A stretch of DNA of 63,822 bases, counting the filler, from Pirum gemmata (Eukaryota), in assembly GCA_002812295.1 (NCBI GenBank). It is 26 parts of 26 records of this genome, joined end to end, with 100 filler letters (N's around TTAATTAATTAA, not from the genome) between each part and the next. Parts side by side here need not be neighbours in the genome. Positions count along the whole stretch, not along the records: positions 20,661 to 23,855 come from PDIN01008315.1; positions 23,956 to 26,075 come from PDIN01008316.1; positions 26,176 to 28,276 come from PDIN01008317.1; positions 28,377 to 30,502 come from PDIN01008318.1; positions 30,603 to 32,715 come from PDIN01008319.1; positions 32,816 to 34,963 come from PDIN01008320.1; 20 more parts are not named here. One strand, written 5' to 3'. Positions within the stretch are counted from its first letter, which is position 1. Each line of letters begins with the position of its first letter. The position numbers and the translations under genes were made by a program. Below, piece by piece: positions 22,951-34,399 of this stretch. Under the pieces are notes generated by a model, which had not been told where the DNA came from, did not search any database, and saw only the letters and a list, made by a program, of their open reading frames with translations.

Positions 22951-23134
22951 CCACAAAACCACTACTACTACCACTACTACCGGGTACCATTTCTACCAAT
23001 TCTACCACCACTACTACTGCTGTTATCACTACGACCATGCTGCTATTTTTACTGTGCAACTTGGTAAGAATGTTACTATTACTATTACTATTACTATTCC
23101 AACAATTATTATTGACACTGATGTTTTCATTTAC

Positions 23135-23289
23135 CTAATTTCAGCTTCAATGTCTGTATGAGAGACAATAGCATATTTGCTGATAGGATGGTCAGGTTTG
23201 AGTAATGCTGGTAAAAAATTAATAAATGATAAAAAGCGAAAAAATAAACTCGCTAAATTGAAAAGTAGGTTGTTTATCCATACAAGCAT
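23135..23289 (-). CDS. Probable exon of an unknown protein
   Basis: tag|ATG ... AG|gtaaat bounding MLVWINNLLFNLASLFFRFLSFINFLPALLKPDHPISKYAIVSHTDIEAEI, between low-complexity tracts. Confidence 0.35.
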
Positions 23290-23400
23290 CTATTACAAAT
23301 GAAAGAAAAAAAAATAAACAAAACAAAAATAGTAATAATAATATAATGATGTATAATAAAAATAAATAATACCAACAATAACAAAAGCAAAAGCAAAAGC

Positions 23401-23441
<41 letters not shown>

Positions 23442-23577
23442 GTCAACAACAACAACAACAACAACAACAATGATAAGTAAAAATTGTATTATTAATTTAT
23501 TATAAATAATATTTCAGTATATTATTCTTTTTTTTTATTTTTTTTTTTATTTTTTTTTTTTTTTTTTTTTTTTTTTA

Positions 23578-23615
<38 letters not shown>

Positions 23616-23997
23616 TTTTATTATTTTTTATTATTATTATTATCATTAAAAATTATTAATAGTAATAGTAATAGTAATAGTAATAATAATAACACTAATA
23701 ATAGTACTATTGGTACTAATAGTAATAGTAATAGCAATAGTAATATTAATATTAATATTAATACCAATTGTAACACCAACCCTACTAATACTTATACTAT
23801 ATCGACATTTATATCTCCCCTCTCCCCCTTTTTTTTTTTTTCAATAGATTAGCAANNNNNNNNNNNNNNNNNNNNNNNNNNNNNNNNNNNNNNNNNNNNT
23901 TAATTAATTAANNNNNNNNNNNNNNNNNNNNNNNNNNNNNNNNNNNNNNNNNNNNTTATTATTATTATTAAAATTTGAAATTTGAAAATTATTTTAA

Positions 23998-24622
23998 TTA
24001 TAAAACGTTGCTCGAGGATTTATGAGACCTTTACTAACTCGGAAATTCGTTTTTTAAATACTTTTAAATACCTTTTATATATACAATATAATACACACCT
24101 ATATATGAGCTGAATAATTGGACCAATTAATTTCATATTCGGTTGAAATTTTTCCAATTTTTTAATTATAAAACGTAGCTCAGGATTTATGAGATCTTTT
24201 ACTAACTCGAAAATTCGTTTTTCAAATACTTAAAAATAAGACTCCCTTTTTTATATATTCATAATGCAAGAAAACATTATCTAATCAAATAGCTCGATCC
24301 CAATTATTAAATAGTGACAATTTTGAAATGACACTCTTTTTTTTTCGAGTTTTAAGTCTTTCTATGAATTTTCTAAGAAATTTTAAGAAATTTTTAATTA
24401 AGTAAGTCAGTACTAAAAATTATATTTCGAACTAGTCTCGATCCGATAGTTTTTCCTGCATCTCCCTATTTATGAGTACCAAGTACTTAAGGCAAAGCAC
24501 CCAACATACTCTCAAACATATCGTCAGCTGGAATTTCTTTCAAATCTTTCCAAATTTTTAAAAATAATGCTCGAGGATTTATGAGATCTTTGACTAACTC
24601 GAATATTTGTTTTTTGACATCT
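23998..24622. repeat. Three local copies of a ~65-bp repeat
   Basis: gctcgaggatttatgaga(t)ctttactaactcg.aa.tt.gtttt at ~24010, ~24178 and ~24569. Confidence 0.8.
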
Positions 24623-24949
24623 AAAAAATCGATTCCTTTTTGTTTGATACACTCTTTAGCCATAGGAAAAACGACGCTAAATATATGGGCACCAGCAAGT
24701 TGGGCAAGTATGGATACCTACACAAATAAAGTATACACTCAATTAATAAAATATAATGCTAGCTAAAAGTGTTAGGGTTAGGGTCAGGGTTAAGGGTTAA
24801 TTAATAAAATATAATGCTAGCTAAAAGTGTTAGGGTTAGGGTCAGGGTTAAGGGTTAGGGTTAGGGTTAGGGTTAAGGGTTAAGGGTTAAGGGTTAAGGG
24901 TTAAGGGTTAAGGGTTAAAACAAATGATAGTTAATATTGTTGTATATAC

Positions 24950-25826
24950 AATAGTAACAAATAAAATAATAAAAGTAAAAGTAAATATAAAAATCACAAA
25001 ATAGTTAACAATAAAAAACCCCCCCCAATAGAAACAAATAAAATAAACAAAATTAAAAATTAAAAATTAAAAATTGAAAATTAAAATACCTTACTCTTAC
25101 TGCTTGAATAAGACATGTAAAGAAAATAGTAACAAAATAATAAAAATTAAAAATCAAATATAAAAATCACAAAAAGTTAACAGTAACTCCCCCATCTCAT
25201 CATTAATAATAATAATAATAATAAAACACCCAATATAAACAAATAAAATAAACAAAATTAAAAATTAAAAATTCTAATTGAATAAGACGCGTAAAGAAAA
25301 TAATAAAAACACATAAAATAATACAATTAAAAATAAAATCACGTAATAGTTAACAGTAAATAAATAAATAAAAAAAAAAACACCCAATAGAAACGAAAAA
25401 AATAAAATTAAAATTAAAAATTAAAAACACGTTGGAGTTACGGGAAAAACCATCGAATCGAGACTAGTTCGAAACTTTCGAAATTTTTCGATCTAATTTC
25501 AAGTATTGACTCACTCTTGATTTCATTAAACAAATTTTAGAAATTATTCTTAGAAATTTCATAGAAAAAACTTGAAAATCGAAAAAAAGGAATATCATTT
25601 CAGTTTAATAATTAGGATCAAGCTGTTTGATTCGATTATGTTTTCCCGTATCTCCCTTCCAATTGAATAAGACGTGTAAAGAAAATAGTAACAAATAAAA
25701 TAATAAAATAAAATATAAAAATTTAATAGTTTACAGAAAAAAAAATAAAAAAAATATATAAAATAAACAAACAAAATTAATATTTAAAATTAAAAATACC
25801 TTCCAATTGAATAAAACGTGTAAACC
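24950..25826 (-). repeat. Tandem array of ~150-180-bp units, each copying an exon end plus the intron start
   Basis: ttgaataa(a/g)ac(a/g)(t/c)gtaaa occurs at ~25104, ~25278, ~25663 and in the exon at ~25807, each with similar A-rich flanks. One unit is interrupted by MITE C. Confidence 0.75.
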
Positions 25827-26050
25827 AAACGCCCCCAAAGTCACAACTGGGACAGCAGCAGTCAAACCTAGCATCACAATTAGTTGAACCTTATATTGCA
25901 TAATTACATGCTTTAAATAATCAAACGCGTGTTTTAATTTTGAATCTAAATCAATTCCAAAACCACGGGCTAATAAACCCTGTATTATTCCGTGAGGTCC
26001 CCCAATCATTGACATAATAACACTAATACCAAGACTTTTTAAACTCCAAC
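25800..26050 (-). CDS. Internal exon of an unknown membrane protein
   Basis: cacag| acceptor and AAG|gtattt donor; WSLKSLGISVIMSMIGGPHGIIQGLLARGFG...LIVMLGLTAAVPVVTLGAFGLHVLFNWK. Confidence 0.7.
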
Positions 26051-26239
26051 CTGTGTGTGTGTGTGTGTGTGTGTGNNNNNNNNNNNNNNNNNNNNNNNNN
26101 NNNNNNNNNNNNNNNNNNNTTAATTAATTAANNNNNNNNNNNNNNNNNNNNNNNNNNNNNNNNNNNNNNNNNNNNTTTTTTTTTTTTTTTTGAACTAGTC
26201 TACCAAGCCGGTTAAAAATGGCGACATCCGCCAAAAAAA

Positions 26240-26353
26240 TCTCAAAATGACCCAATTTTAATGAAAGTACTACCAAATAATAAGAAATAGTTTATTATTA
26301 AAAGCTCTATTATGAACCAATTACTAGTTTTTAAAAATAATTTGGCTAGTTAG
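26240..26353 (+). repeat. Dispersed repeat family E; copies at 45281-45392 (inverted) and 63471-63590
   Basis: Shared ccaattttaat..aagtactaccaaa..t.agaaa...ctctattatgaaccaat..ctagttttt...atttggc/tta. Confidence 0.8.
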
Positions 26354-26523
26354 TATTAAATGTTTTTTAAAAAAAAAACTCGAAAAAAAAAAAAATGATT
26401 TTCTACAGTTTTATCAGGATTGGCTTTTAAAAAAAAAAAAAAAANNNNNNNNNNNNNNNNNNNNNNNNNNNNNNNNNNNNNNNNNNNNGGTTTTTATTAC
26501 TATTAATGTTAATATTATTACTT

Positions 26524-26655
26524 TAATTGGTATCTACTATAATTAGATTTACTATTTTAAGCTATTTAACTGCTATTATTAGTAAGAAACACGAACTAAG
26601 GTTGGCTCGATAAGCATCTGTTCGAAAAAAGTTCCAGTAGATATCTCACCCCTAC
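26524..26655 (+). repeat. Young dispersed repeat; near-identical inverted copy at 45900-46032
   Basis: aattggtatctactataattag...aagttccagtagatatctcacccctact is the reverse complement of 45900-46032 with only a few differences. Confidence 0.9.
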
Positions 26656-28029
26656 TATCTATCATATAATAATACTATATATAAAATACTATATATAAAA
26701 GAACTTTTAGAATTTGGGAGTATTTGGGTCTTTCTTCCAGTACTAAGGGCTCAGTATGATATCGATGATTCAATATATGTCTTCAGTATGTCTTCCAAGT
26801 AATAAGGAATTCGAAGATCAGATTCTTTTACAGATAAGACTCATGTATTAAAACTTTCCAAAATGAAAAATGAGATGATTGTTTCGAATAAAATTATTAA
26901 CAAGGTTGTATGTGTATGAATCACAGTATAATATATATGATAGAAGGTTTGTAAACATTATGCTTTTTCCACCATTGAAGCCAAGAATTGGGCGGAAGAA
27001 CTGGGGCACTATATATTCAAATATAGAAAAAGTTTCGAAAGACCCAAATCAGACCCAAATCTTGTTGATATCAAAATGATATATGAAGTATATATATTTG
27101 TTATTGTTGTTGTTATTGTTGTTATTATTATTGTTGTTATTATTTAAGAATACAAATAATCATATTAACGTCTATATATATATTAATATATTAATAGATA
27201 TAGATATTCACAATCGCTCAAAGTTCAAACCCCTTGACCATCAACCACACAAACTACTAGCTAGTGTGGGCATATAAATATTGGATCGGGTAGTGACGTC
27301 ATGGATATCTGGTGATGTCATATCCGGTTTAACCTATGTGACGTCACATGTAGGTTCGGCTAGCCACTCTCTAGAGTTATCGAAAGCTAAAGAAAATAGA
27401 ATCCTATCGTTCTTTTTAGTTGTTTTCTCATCTGTTAGCTTTGCTAACAAATCATGACTATATAAATAATAAGTTATACATAAATATATATAAATACAAT
27501 CATGATAAGTTAACAAGCAAGTTTATTTAAATAGCTTTTAGTAAATAACTAAATATAAAATAATAACAAAACTTAAAAACCAAAAACTAAAAACTGACTT
27601 TTTCAAAAATCAATAACCATTCAAAAATCGCTTATAATATTATATTATAATAAATTATAATTATAGTTCTCGCTAGTCAAACCACTAGCTAGTAGTAGCC
27701 AACAAGTAAAAACTTCAACAACAGCCAAACAATAATAACATATATACATGCCATATATGTATATATAAATACCAAATATAGTAATACTTGCATTTACTAT
27801 AATAATAATATGAAAACTGTATATGAAAATAATTATAATTATATAAACTAAACTGCTACCTTTTTACGATATAAAGCAGCCATATATAGATATAAAGATC
27901 TTTTGGTCTTTTTTTGGAAATTATGTCTTATTATGGAAATATCTGTGCGTACTTTGATGAGTCCAGCAAGCTGTCTAGCTAGGTATCATACTAGTAGCAG
28001 ACTTTCTGCCATATAGCTCTGTCTAGTTA

Positions 28030-28164
28030 GGGAGCGTTCAAATAATACGCCACGTCAAGGGGTAGGTAGGTAGCCGATATTTGACCGGAAATTAACGTCA
28101 AGGGGTAGTAGGTAGGTAGGGGTATTTGAAGCTGTACTTGACTGGAAATTGGCGTTACGCTCCC
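28030..28164. mobile_element. Harbinger-type MITE, subfamily A2
   Basis: TTA|GGGAGCGTTCAAATAATACG ... GGCGTTACGCTCCC|TTA with GGTAGGTAGG internal repeats. Inverted copies at 33748-33877, 34777-34941 and 48724-48869. Confidence 0.9.
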
Positions 28165-28376
28165 TTAGTTAGGGGTCTTTTTCTTTTTTGAAAATATGAT
28201 ACAGTTAGGGTTAGAGTTATCGACCTTAGGGTTAGGGTTAGGGTTATAAAATTAGGGTTAGGGTTAGGGTTAGGGTNNNNNNNNNNNNNNNNNNNNNNNN
28301 NNNNNNNNNNNNNNNNNNNNTTAATTAATTAANNNNNNNNNNNNNNNNNNNNNNNNNNNNNNNNNNNNNNNNNNNN

Positions 28377-28703
28377 GCTTTTTTCAACGCTCTAGTTGTA
28401 CAACAACATCACTCCGGATATGTAGCTGCTCATGCAATTGCAAATCCAGCAATACCACCAACACCAGAAATACCACCAACACCAGAAAGAACAACAACAA
28501 CAACATTATCATCAGTACCAACCGGCAAACCAACAACACCAGAAACACCAGAAACACCAGCAACAACAACAACAACAACAAAGGATAACGAACCTTTGAT
28601 TATGCAAGACGCGCTTTTAGGTAGTATTTTAGGTGCTGCTGGTGTTGGGAATGAGCCAGGAGCACAAATTGCCACTAGTATTCTAACTAGCCTTTTTGGA
28701 TAG
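28377..28703 (+). CDS. 5'-truncated, probably secreted Pro/Thr-rich protein with an amphipathic C-terminus
   Basis: Open frame AFFNALVVQQHHSGYVAAHAIANPAIPPTPEIPPTPE...TTPETPETPATTTTTTKDNEPLIMQDALLGSILGAAGVGNEPGAQIATSILTSLFG*. Missed by the ORF track because there is no start codon. Confidence 0.7.
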   Translation, partial: AFFNALVVQQHHSGYVAAHAIANPAIPPTPEIPPTPERTTTTTLSSVPTGKPTTPETPETPATTTTTTKDNEPLIMQDALLGSILGAAGVGNEPGAQIATSILTSLFG

Positions 28704-28906
28704 TTATTATTAACATAATATATACTGTTATTTATTATTATTATTATTATTAAAATATTATCTGAAATTTATTAAAAAGATAATTATTATTAATTTTGTA
28801 AATTAAAAATGAAATAAAATTAAAACTTTTATTATTTAACAAGTCGCCATTGTAATATTTTGTATATGAGTACTAATAATATTCCTAAATTCCATTTCTC
28901 AAATTG

Positions 28907-28947
<41 letters not shown>

Positions 28948-30047
28948 CAGAGTTAGAGGTTAGGGTCAGGGGTTAGGCATATTTTATTATCTATTTATTG
29001 ATTTAAAAATGTCAATTTAAAGATTATAACCCTCCAAATAAATATTCCGAGTGACAAAATAAATAAATGAAAGTAACATAAACTTATTATATAAATGATA
29101 CTACGGAAACTATAGAGAGGAAACTACTCTCTGCACGGATCATGATATTGACATCGATAGCTCCAGAGATGGCTAGTAGTAGCTATGATATATCCGATAT
29201 ATATATCATACCCACACACCATGGTCGTAGTCCTCAGCGTAGTAGTATCTGCTGTCTGAGCCATGTGTTGCAGACTCAGTTTTACCCCAAAAAAGAAACT
29301 CCTTGGTTACTAGCTACTAGCTAGCTAGTAGACTAGTTTTATGATAGGTTTACTTATAATTAGTTACTTTCATCACACTTCCATCACTCTTTCTTTCACT
29401 GCACTCTTTCATCACTGTTCTTGAAAATGGTCCTAATAAGCACATATGATAAAAAATTAATAATAATAATTTAGTAGCTATGATAATAATCGAGACCAAT
29501 AATCATAGTCATGTTGATTTATTATAATAAAATTATCATAATGGTCTAAATAATATGAATTATAATATTATGATACCGGATAGCTCTAGCTAGAACTTAG
29601 CTAGACTCTAGACTAGTTTATATATAGAACAGAACGGTGCCACAGACCCTAACCCTAACCCTAACCCTAACCCTAACCCTAACCCTAACCCTAACCCTAA
29701 CCCTAACCCTAACCCCATACTGCTACTACTGCCACGATTACTACAGGAGGGGTGAGAACTCTTATGGCGAACTTTTTTGACCGAGGCACAAAGTAAATGT
29801 TGTTCGCCTGTTTCGCCTTACCATATTTAGTATTTGTAATTATTTATTTANCTACTTATTTAAGTAGTTACTTTAAAAAGAGTTTATTATACTATTTATA
29901 GTAACTTTAGGCAAATTTCTGGAAGTTCGCCGGTCCGAGCATCCAATTAGTACTATTACTACCACTACTACCTGCTATGTTCCAGAGCAGGCCCCGTCTA
30001 ACTACCCCTTCTACTAGGCAGAGTTTATCGGGATAATATATAGACTA

Positions 30048-30186
30048 GTCTGTTTCATTACAGCATCATGATTACTTTAATTTGATACTGTTTAAGTGTA
30101 TAATTGAACTTTTTTATAAAATAAAACATTATATAAAACATACCAAATTAATTAAAAAGTGTCCGATAATAATAATTTGCTACGTT
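30048..30186 (-). repeat. Dispersed repeat family D; copies at 42608-42762 and 62690-62826, fragment at 37651-37700
   Basis: Shared gacac/tgttttaattaatttggtattt...ttcaattata.acttaaa.agta.caaattaaag. Confidence 0.75.
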
Positions 30187-30759
30187 TAATTCAGTTTTTG
30201 AACACTAACTAACGCTCAAACACAAAAACTACACAAAATAGGTCTATCATAATATTATGATATGATAATAATAATAAAAATACGAAATACTGCGCAATTT
30301 CGGAAGTTACTGTTTTAAATAATTATAAAAAAACATTCTTCGCATTTATTGCGCATATTATGACGTCATAACAAAATTTTGTTTTTTGTTTCTTATCGCA
30401 AGAAAAAACATGATAATAATAATTGAAAAATAAGAAAAAAAAACAACGACACTATTATTCTTTTCGTTGTTTTTTATAATAATAATAATCATAATAATAA
30501 TANNNNNNNNNNNNNNNNNNNNNNNNNNNNNNNNNNNNNNNNNNNNTTAATTAATTAANNNNNNNNNNNNNNNNNNNNNNNNNNNNNNNNNNNNNNNNNN
30601 NNTTGTTGTTGTTGTTGTTGTTGTTGTTGTTAACTTTAATTTTCTTTCATTTGCACCATTTGCTGATTTGGTTGCATTTGTTATTTATAAATTATATTAT
30701 TATTATCACTATTAATTATTTTGTATTATCAACTGCTGTACTAACAATAACTTTATTTT

Positions 30760-30893
30760 TTGGACGTCACTACAAAAGGATGTTCTACTTGGTGTTGTGT
30801 TTGGCATCATTTCTGAATTTTTCATTTGTTGCTTTAAAATTCTGTTGCTGTTGTTTCTTTTGTTGCTTCATTATACCGAGTTGGTTATATTCA
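30760..30893 (-). pseudogene. Diverged remnant of the 3' end of the gene at 31713-32594
   Basis: aattcagaaatgatgccaaac..caacaccaag..tccttttgtagtgacgtccaaaaa resembles aatccaggaatgatgtcaaac..caacaccaagg..ccttcttacaatgccgaccaaaaa. Confidence 0.55.
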
Positions 30894-30939
30894 CAAACCA
30901 ACAACAAACTTAAGTTTTTTTTTTTATCAAATCTATCAA

Positions 30940-31531
30940 TTAGATTGTTTAAAATCCCGTTGATGGTGTCAAGGGAAAAAGGATGAACTTAAACAAGCAT
31001 TTATAGAAAGAAATAAGCCCAAACAATCTAGCGTAACCACTCTCATCACATGGCACATTGACCTGTGCCTCCTGAGGCGTAAGGGTAACCACTTTCAACT
31101 CATGGCATATTGCCCTGAGGCGTAAGGGTAAATAATTTCCCGTTAAATGAGTGGGGGTGTGAACCTCCTCATGAGCAAACATTGCATATATACGATGGAA
31201 AAATTTGTAAAAATATACAAAAAATCTTTATTACGTGTAAAAAAACCCAAAGATATAATCTTCTTAGCAGCACTTTTTTTTAGTGATTTTCTAACAATTC
31301 ATCCATTTAGTAATGGAAATGGTAGAGTCGCAAGACTTCTTATCAACGTGATTTTACGAAATGTCGTTCACGTTCCTGTAATTCTACTATCAAGTAGAAG
31401 AGATCAATACATGAGTTTATTAAGATGTTGATATTTATGATAATTCATTAAATATGCAACCTATATTTAACTATATTCTGGATAGTATTAGAACAACTCA
31501 TATGAATATAATTAACTTAATATCATTTTGA
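30940..31531 (+). pseudogene. Fic/Doc-domain gene, disrupted
   Basis: FLTIHPFSNGNGRVARLL in ORF 31147-31431. The C-terminal helix (DNSLNMQPIFNYILDSI...SF*) continues in another frame to 31531. The upstream part has stops and a tandem duplication (31033-31084 / 31085-31128). Confidence 0.8.
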
Positions 31532-31712
31532 ATCCAATTGAAAGTGAACGGAAAAGACGCGCTAAACAACCACAAACGAGCTTTTCATAAATAAATTAAT
31601 TCTTCGTTTACGTCTTCGTATGCGCATTTGCACCCATGGACTTCTTCTGATATTCATCAATTCCAAATCTTTATCGATCACGTTCAAACGCTTATTATTG
31701 TTATTGTTATTG

Positions 31713-32594
31713 TTATTGTTTTTGGTCGGCATTGTAAGAAGGTGGTGCTCCTTGGTGTTGCATATTCATGTTTGACATCATTCCTGGATTCGATTGTTGC
31801 ATCATTTGTTCCATCATTTGTGGATTTTGTTGCATCATCATTTGTGGATTTTGTTGTGGATTTTGTTGCATCTTCATTTGCATCATTTGCGAATTTTGGT
31901 TCAAACTCGGTTGCATTCCACCAGCGCCAAAACCAGCACCAGCACCAGCACCGAGGTTCATCATAAGCATTTGACCTGCAGTCACTGCAGTACCATTTTG
32001 AAATTTCTCCGCCATGCTTGCTTTCAAGGCTGTTAATAGTTTCACAACAATGTCAAGCTCATCTTTCTCAACACAAAACTGATCTCCAAAAATAACCCTA
32101 CTATTATTTATATTAAGCAAATTAGCTGGAGCGACTATGATTTTACCAGGGTTAGGAAGGCCAAATAGACGACGCCCAGGACGATCAATTTTGATAGAAT
32201 TTAACGGTGATAAAAGGGTTTCTAAAGGCTTTGATTGCTGATCTATACCACTTGATGTACATGGCAAAAAGGGGTGTGTGAAATCATTGAGTACTGTGTG
32301 TAAATTTTTATCAGTGATAACGTAAAATGTTGCTTTTCTCCTTTTTGCTTCTACATGTGAGCTGCAGCAAAAACAAGGTATAAAACAAAAAAATATATAA
32401 TCGACACAGTGGTTACTAAAATAAGAATTTTTTATATGTTCTTTACCATAAGGGGCACAGAAAAGTAAAGTTTCATCTTCGTTTATCAATGTTTTGGCCC
32501 ATGCTAAGTGTTCTGGTTTTCCGTATGGATTAGCTTTGAATTCTGAAATTATCGCCTCATGCTTGTTGCTATTGTCAGCGGATAATGAGGCCAT
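31713..32594 (-). CDS. Unknown 293-aa protein: Cys-rich hydrophobic segment, PH-like beta region, Gln/Met-rich tail with PPxY
   Basis: Complete single-exon ORF with aaaATGG start; YIFFCFIPCFCC, FYVITDKNL, repeated MMQQNPQ, C-terminal PPSY. Confidence 0.85.
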   Translation of the reverse strand: MASLSADNSNKHEAIISEFKANPYGKPEHLAWAKTLINEDETLLFCAPYGKEHIKNSYFSNHCVDYIFFCFIPCFCCSSHVEAKRRKATFYVITDKNLHTVLNDFTHPFLPCTSSGIDQQSKPLETLLSPLNSIKIDRPGRRLFGLPNPGKIIVAPANLLNINNSRVIFGDQFCVEKDELDIVVKLLTALKASMAEKFQNGTAVTAGQMLMMNLGAGAGAGFGAGGMQPSLNQNSQMMQMKMQQNPQQNPQMMMQQNPQMMEQMMQQSNPGMMSNMNMQHQGAPPSYNADQKQ

Positions 32595-32971
32595 TTTTTT
32601 ATTATTAGTTGTTATGTGTGATTTTATTTACTTTTTTAAAACTATTATTTATTTATTATTATTAAATTATTATTATTATTATTATTAAAATATTATTATT
32701 ATTATTATCAAAATANNNNNNNNNNNNNNNNNNNNNNNNNNNNNNNNNNNNNNNNNNNNTTAATTAATTAANNNNNNNNNNNNNNNNNNNNNNNNNNNNN
32801 NNNNNNNNNNNNNNNAAAATAAAAAAAAAAAAAAAAAAAAATTGAAAAAGTGAAAAAAAAAGAAAAAGGAAAAAAGGTAAAAAGGTAAAAAAGAAAAAAA
32901 AAAGGTCTAGACTCCTACAGGCTATATATAGTGATAGGGGAGGTCATTCGAGGAGGTGAGCGCGTGGTTTA

Positions 32972-33393
32972 ATACTTGTAATTTTGGTTTCTAATTTTCG
33001 ATCAAGTTTGTAACTATAATTTAATTTTTAAATACTTTATAAATACTCGAAAAAATTCGAGTTGTGACATTCAAATTTGAGTGTTCCAAAAACTACAACT
33101 TTCTTCCCAAAAAAATATAATTTATATTATTGATAACTATATTTGGTGCTTAAATACATTTAAATGGCAACTAATAATTAATCGTTATACTTGTAATTTT
33201 GGTTTCTAATTTTCGATCAAGTTTGTAACTATAATTTTAAATACTATATAAACACTCGAAAAAATTCGAGTTGTGACATTCAAATCTGGGTGTTCCAAAA
33301 ACTACTATTTTCTTCCCAAAAAAATATAATTTATACTATTGATAACTATATTTAGCGCATAAATACATTTAAATGGCAACTAATAATTAATCG
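32972..33393. repeat. Tandem duplication of a ~210-bp unit; related inverted fragment at ~51010-51110
   Basis: tacttgtaattttggtttctaattttcgatc...aatggcaactaataattaatcg occurs twice, nearly identical. Confidence 0.92.
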
Positions 33394-34195
33394 CAAATAA
33401 CGTCATCCTCCCCCTTCTGTAGACCTCTATGACATATGTTGAGTATGTTGAGTAGACTATCACTGTTTTTTTTGACAAATTTGTGCCCGAATTTGTGCCC
33501 ACTGGCTGGCTGAGGCTTTTTTAAAATTATATGGGTTCAGTTTCAGAGCAAAGCTTACCCAAACCAAAAACAATAGTCTAATAGACTAATAATTCATAAA
33601 AAAAAAATTAAAAAAAACCTGCCAATTTGTTTTATAAACGTGTGGCGTCTGTATCCAGTATCCACCACCCACGTCACCAACGTGTAGACTAGCTAGCTAG
33701 TAGACTATCATAGTAGATTACTAGCTAGCAGCTAAGCTAGCTAGCTAGGGAAGCGTTCAGATACTACGCATACGTAACACCAATCGTCAAATACAGCTTC
33801 AAATATCCCTACCTACCTACCCCTCGATGTTAATTTCCGGTCAAATACCACCTACCTACCTACCCTTGAACGCTCCCTAGCTAGCTGGAGTGTCGATAGT
33901 AGTTGCTGCTAGACTAACTAGCTAGCTAGAGCTAACTAGCGAGGTACTGTAGCTAGAAGGAACCAAATTATAATATCAGAAAAAAAAAAAAAAAAATGGT
34001 CCAGTAAATAATAAAGGTCCAGTCTGCTGATGTTTATTTTTTTATGATATGATAATATGATATCAGATATGTAAAAAGAACTTAGAACTATGATAGTCTA
34101 TCAATAGTCTATCTACTACTATGATACTAGAGTCTACTACTAGCTAATAAACTATTATCTGATATTAGCTATTTAAAAACTAACTAACTATCAAT

Positions 34196-34399
34196 AGGGT
34201 TAGGATTAGGATTAGGGTTAGGGTTAGGGTTAGGGTTAGGGTTAGGGTTAGGGTTAGGGTTAGGGTTAGGGTTAGGGTTAGGGTTAGGGTTAGGGTTAGG
34301 GTCANNNNNTAGGGTTAGGGTTAGGGTTAGGGTTAGGGTTAGGGTTAGGGTTAGGGTTAGGGTTAGGGTTAGGGTTAGGGTTAGGGTTAGGGTTAGGGT
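34196..34399. repeat. Interstitial (TTAGGG)n tract, ~32 units with a small N gap
   Basis: Directly visible. Other tracts at ~7885, 17978, 24772, 28226, 29646, 41957, 42416, 44993, 54158, 61716 and 62929. Confidence 0.95.

Noticed and set aside
34196..34399. True chromosome end
   Set aside because: Non-telomeric sequence lies on both sides, although the small N gap leaves some doubt.
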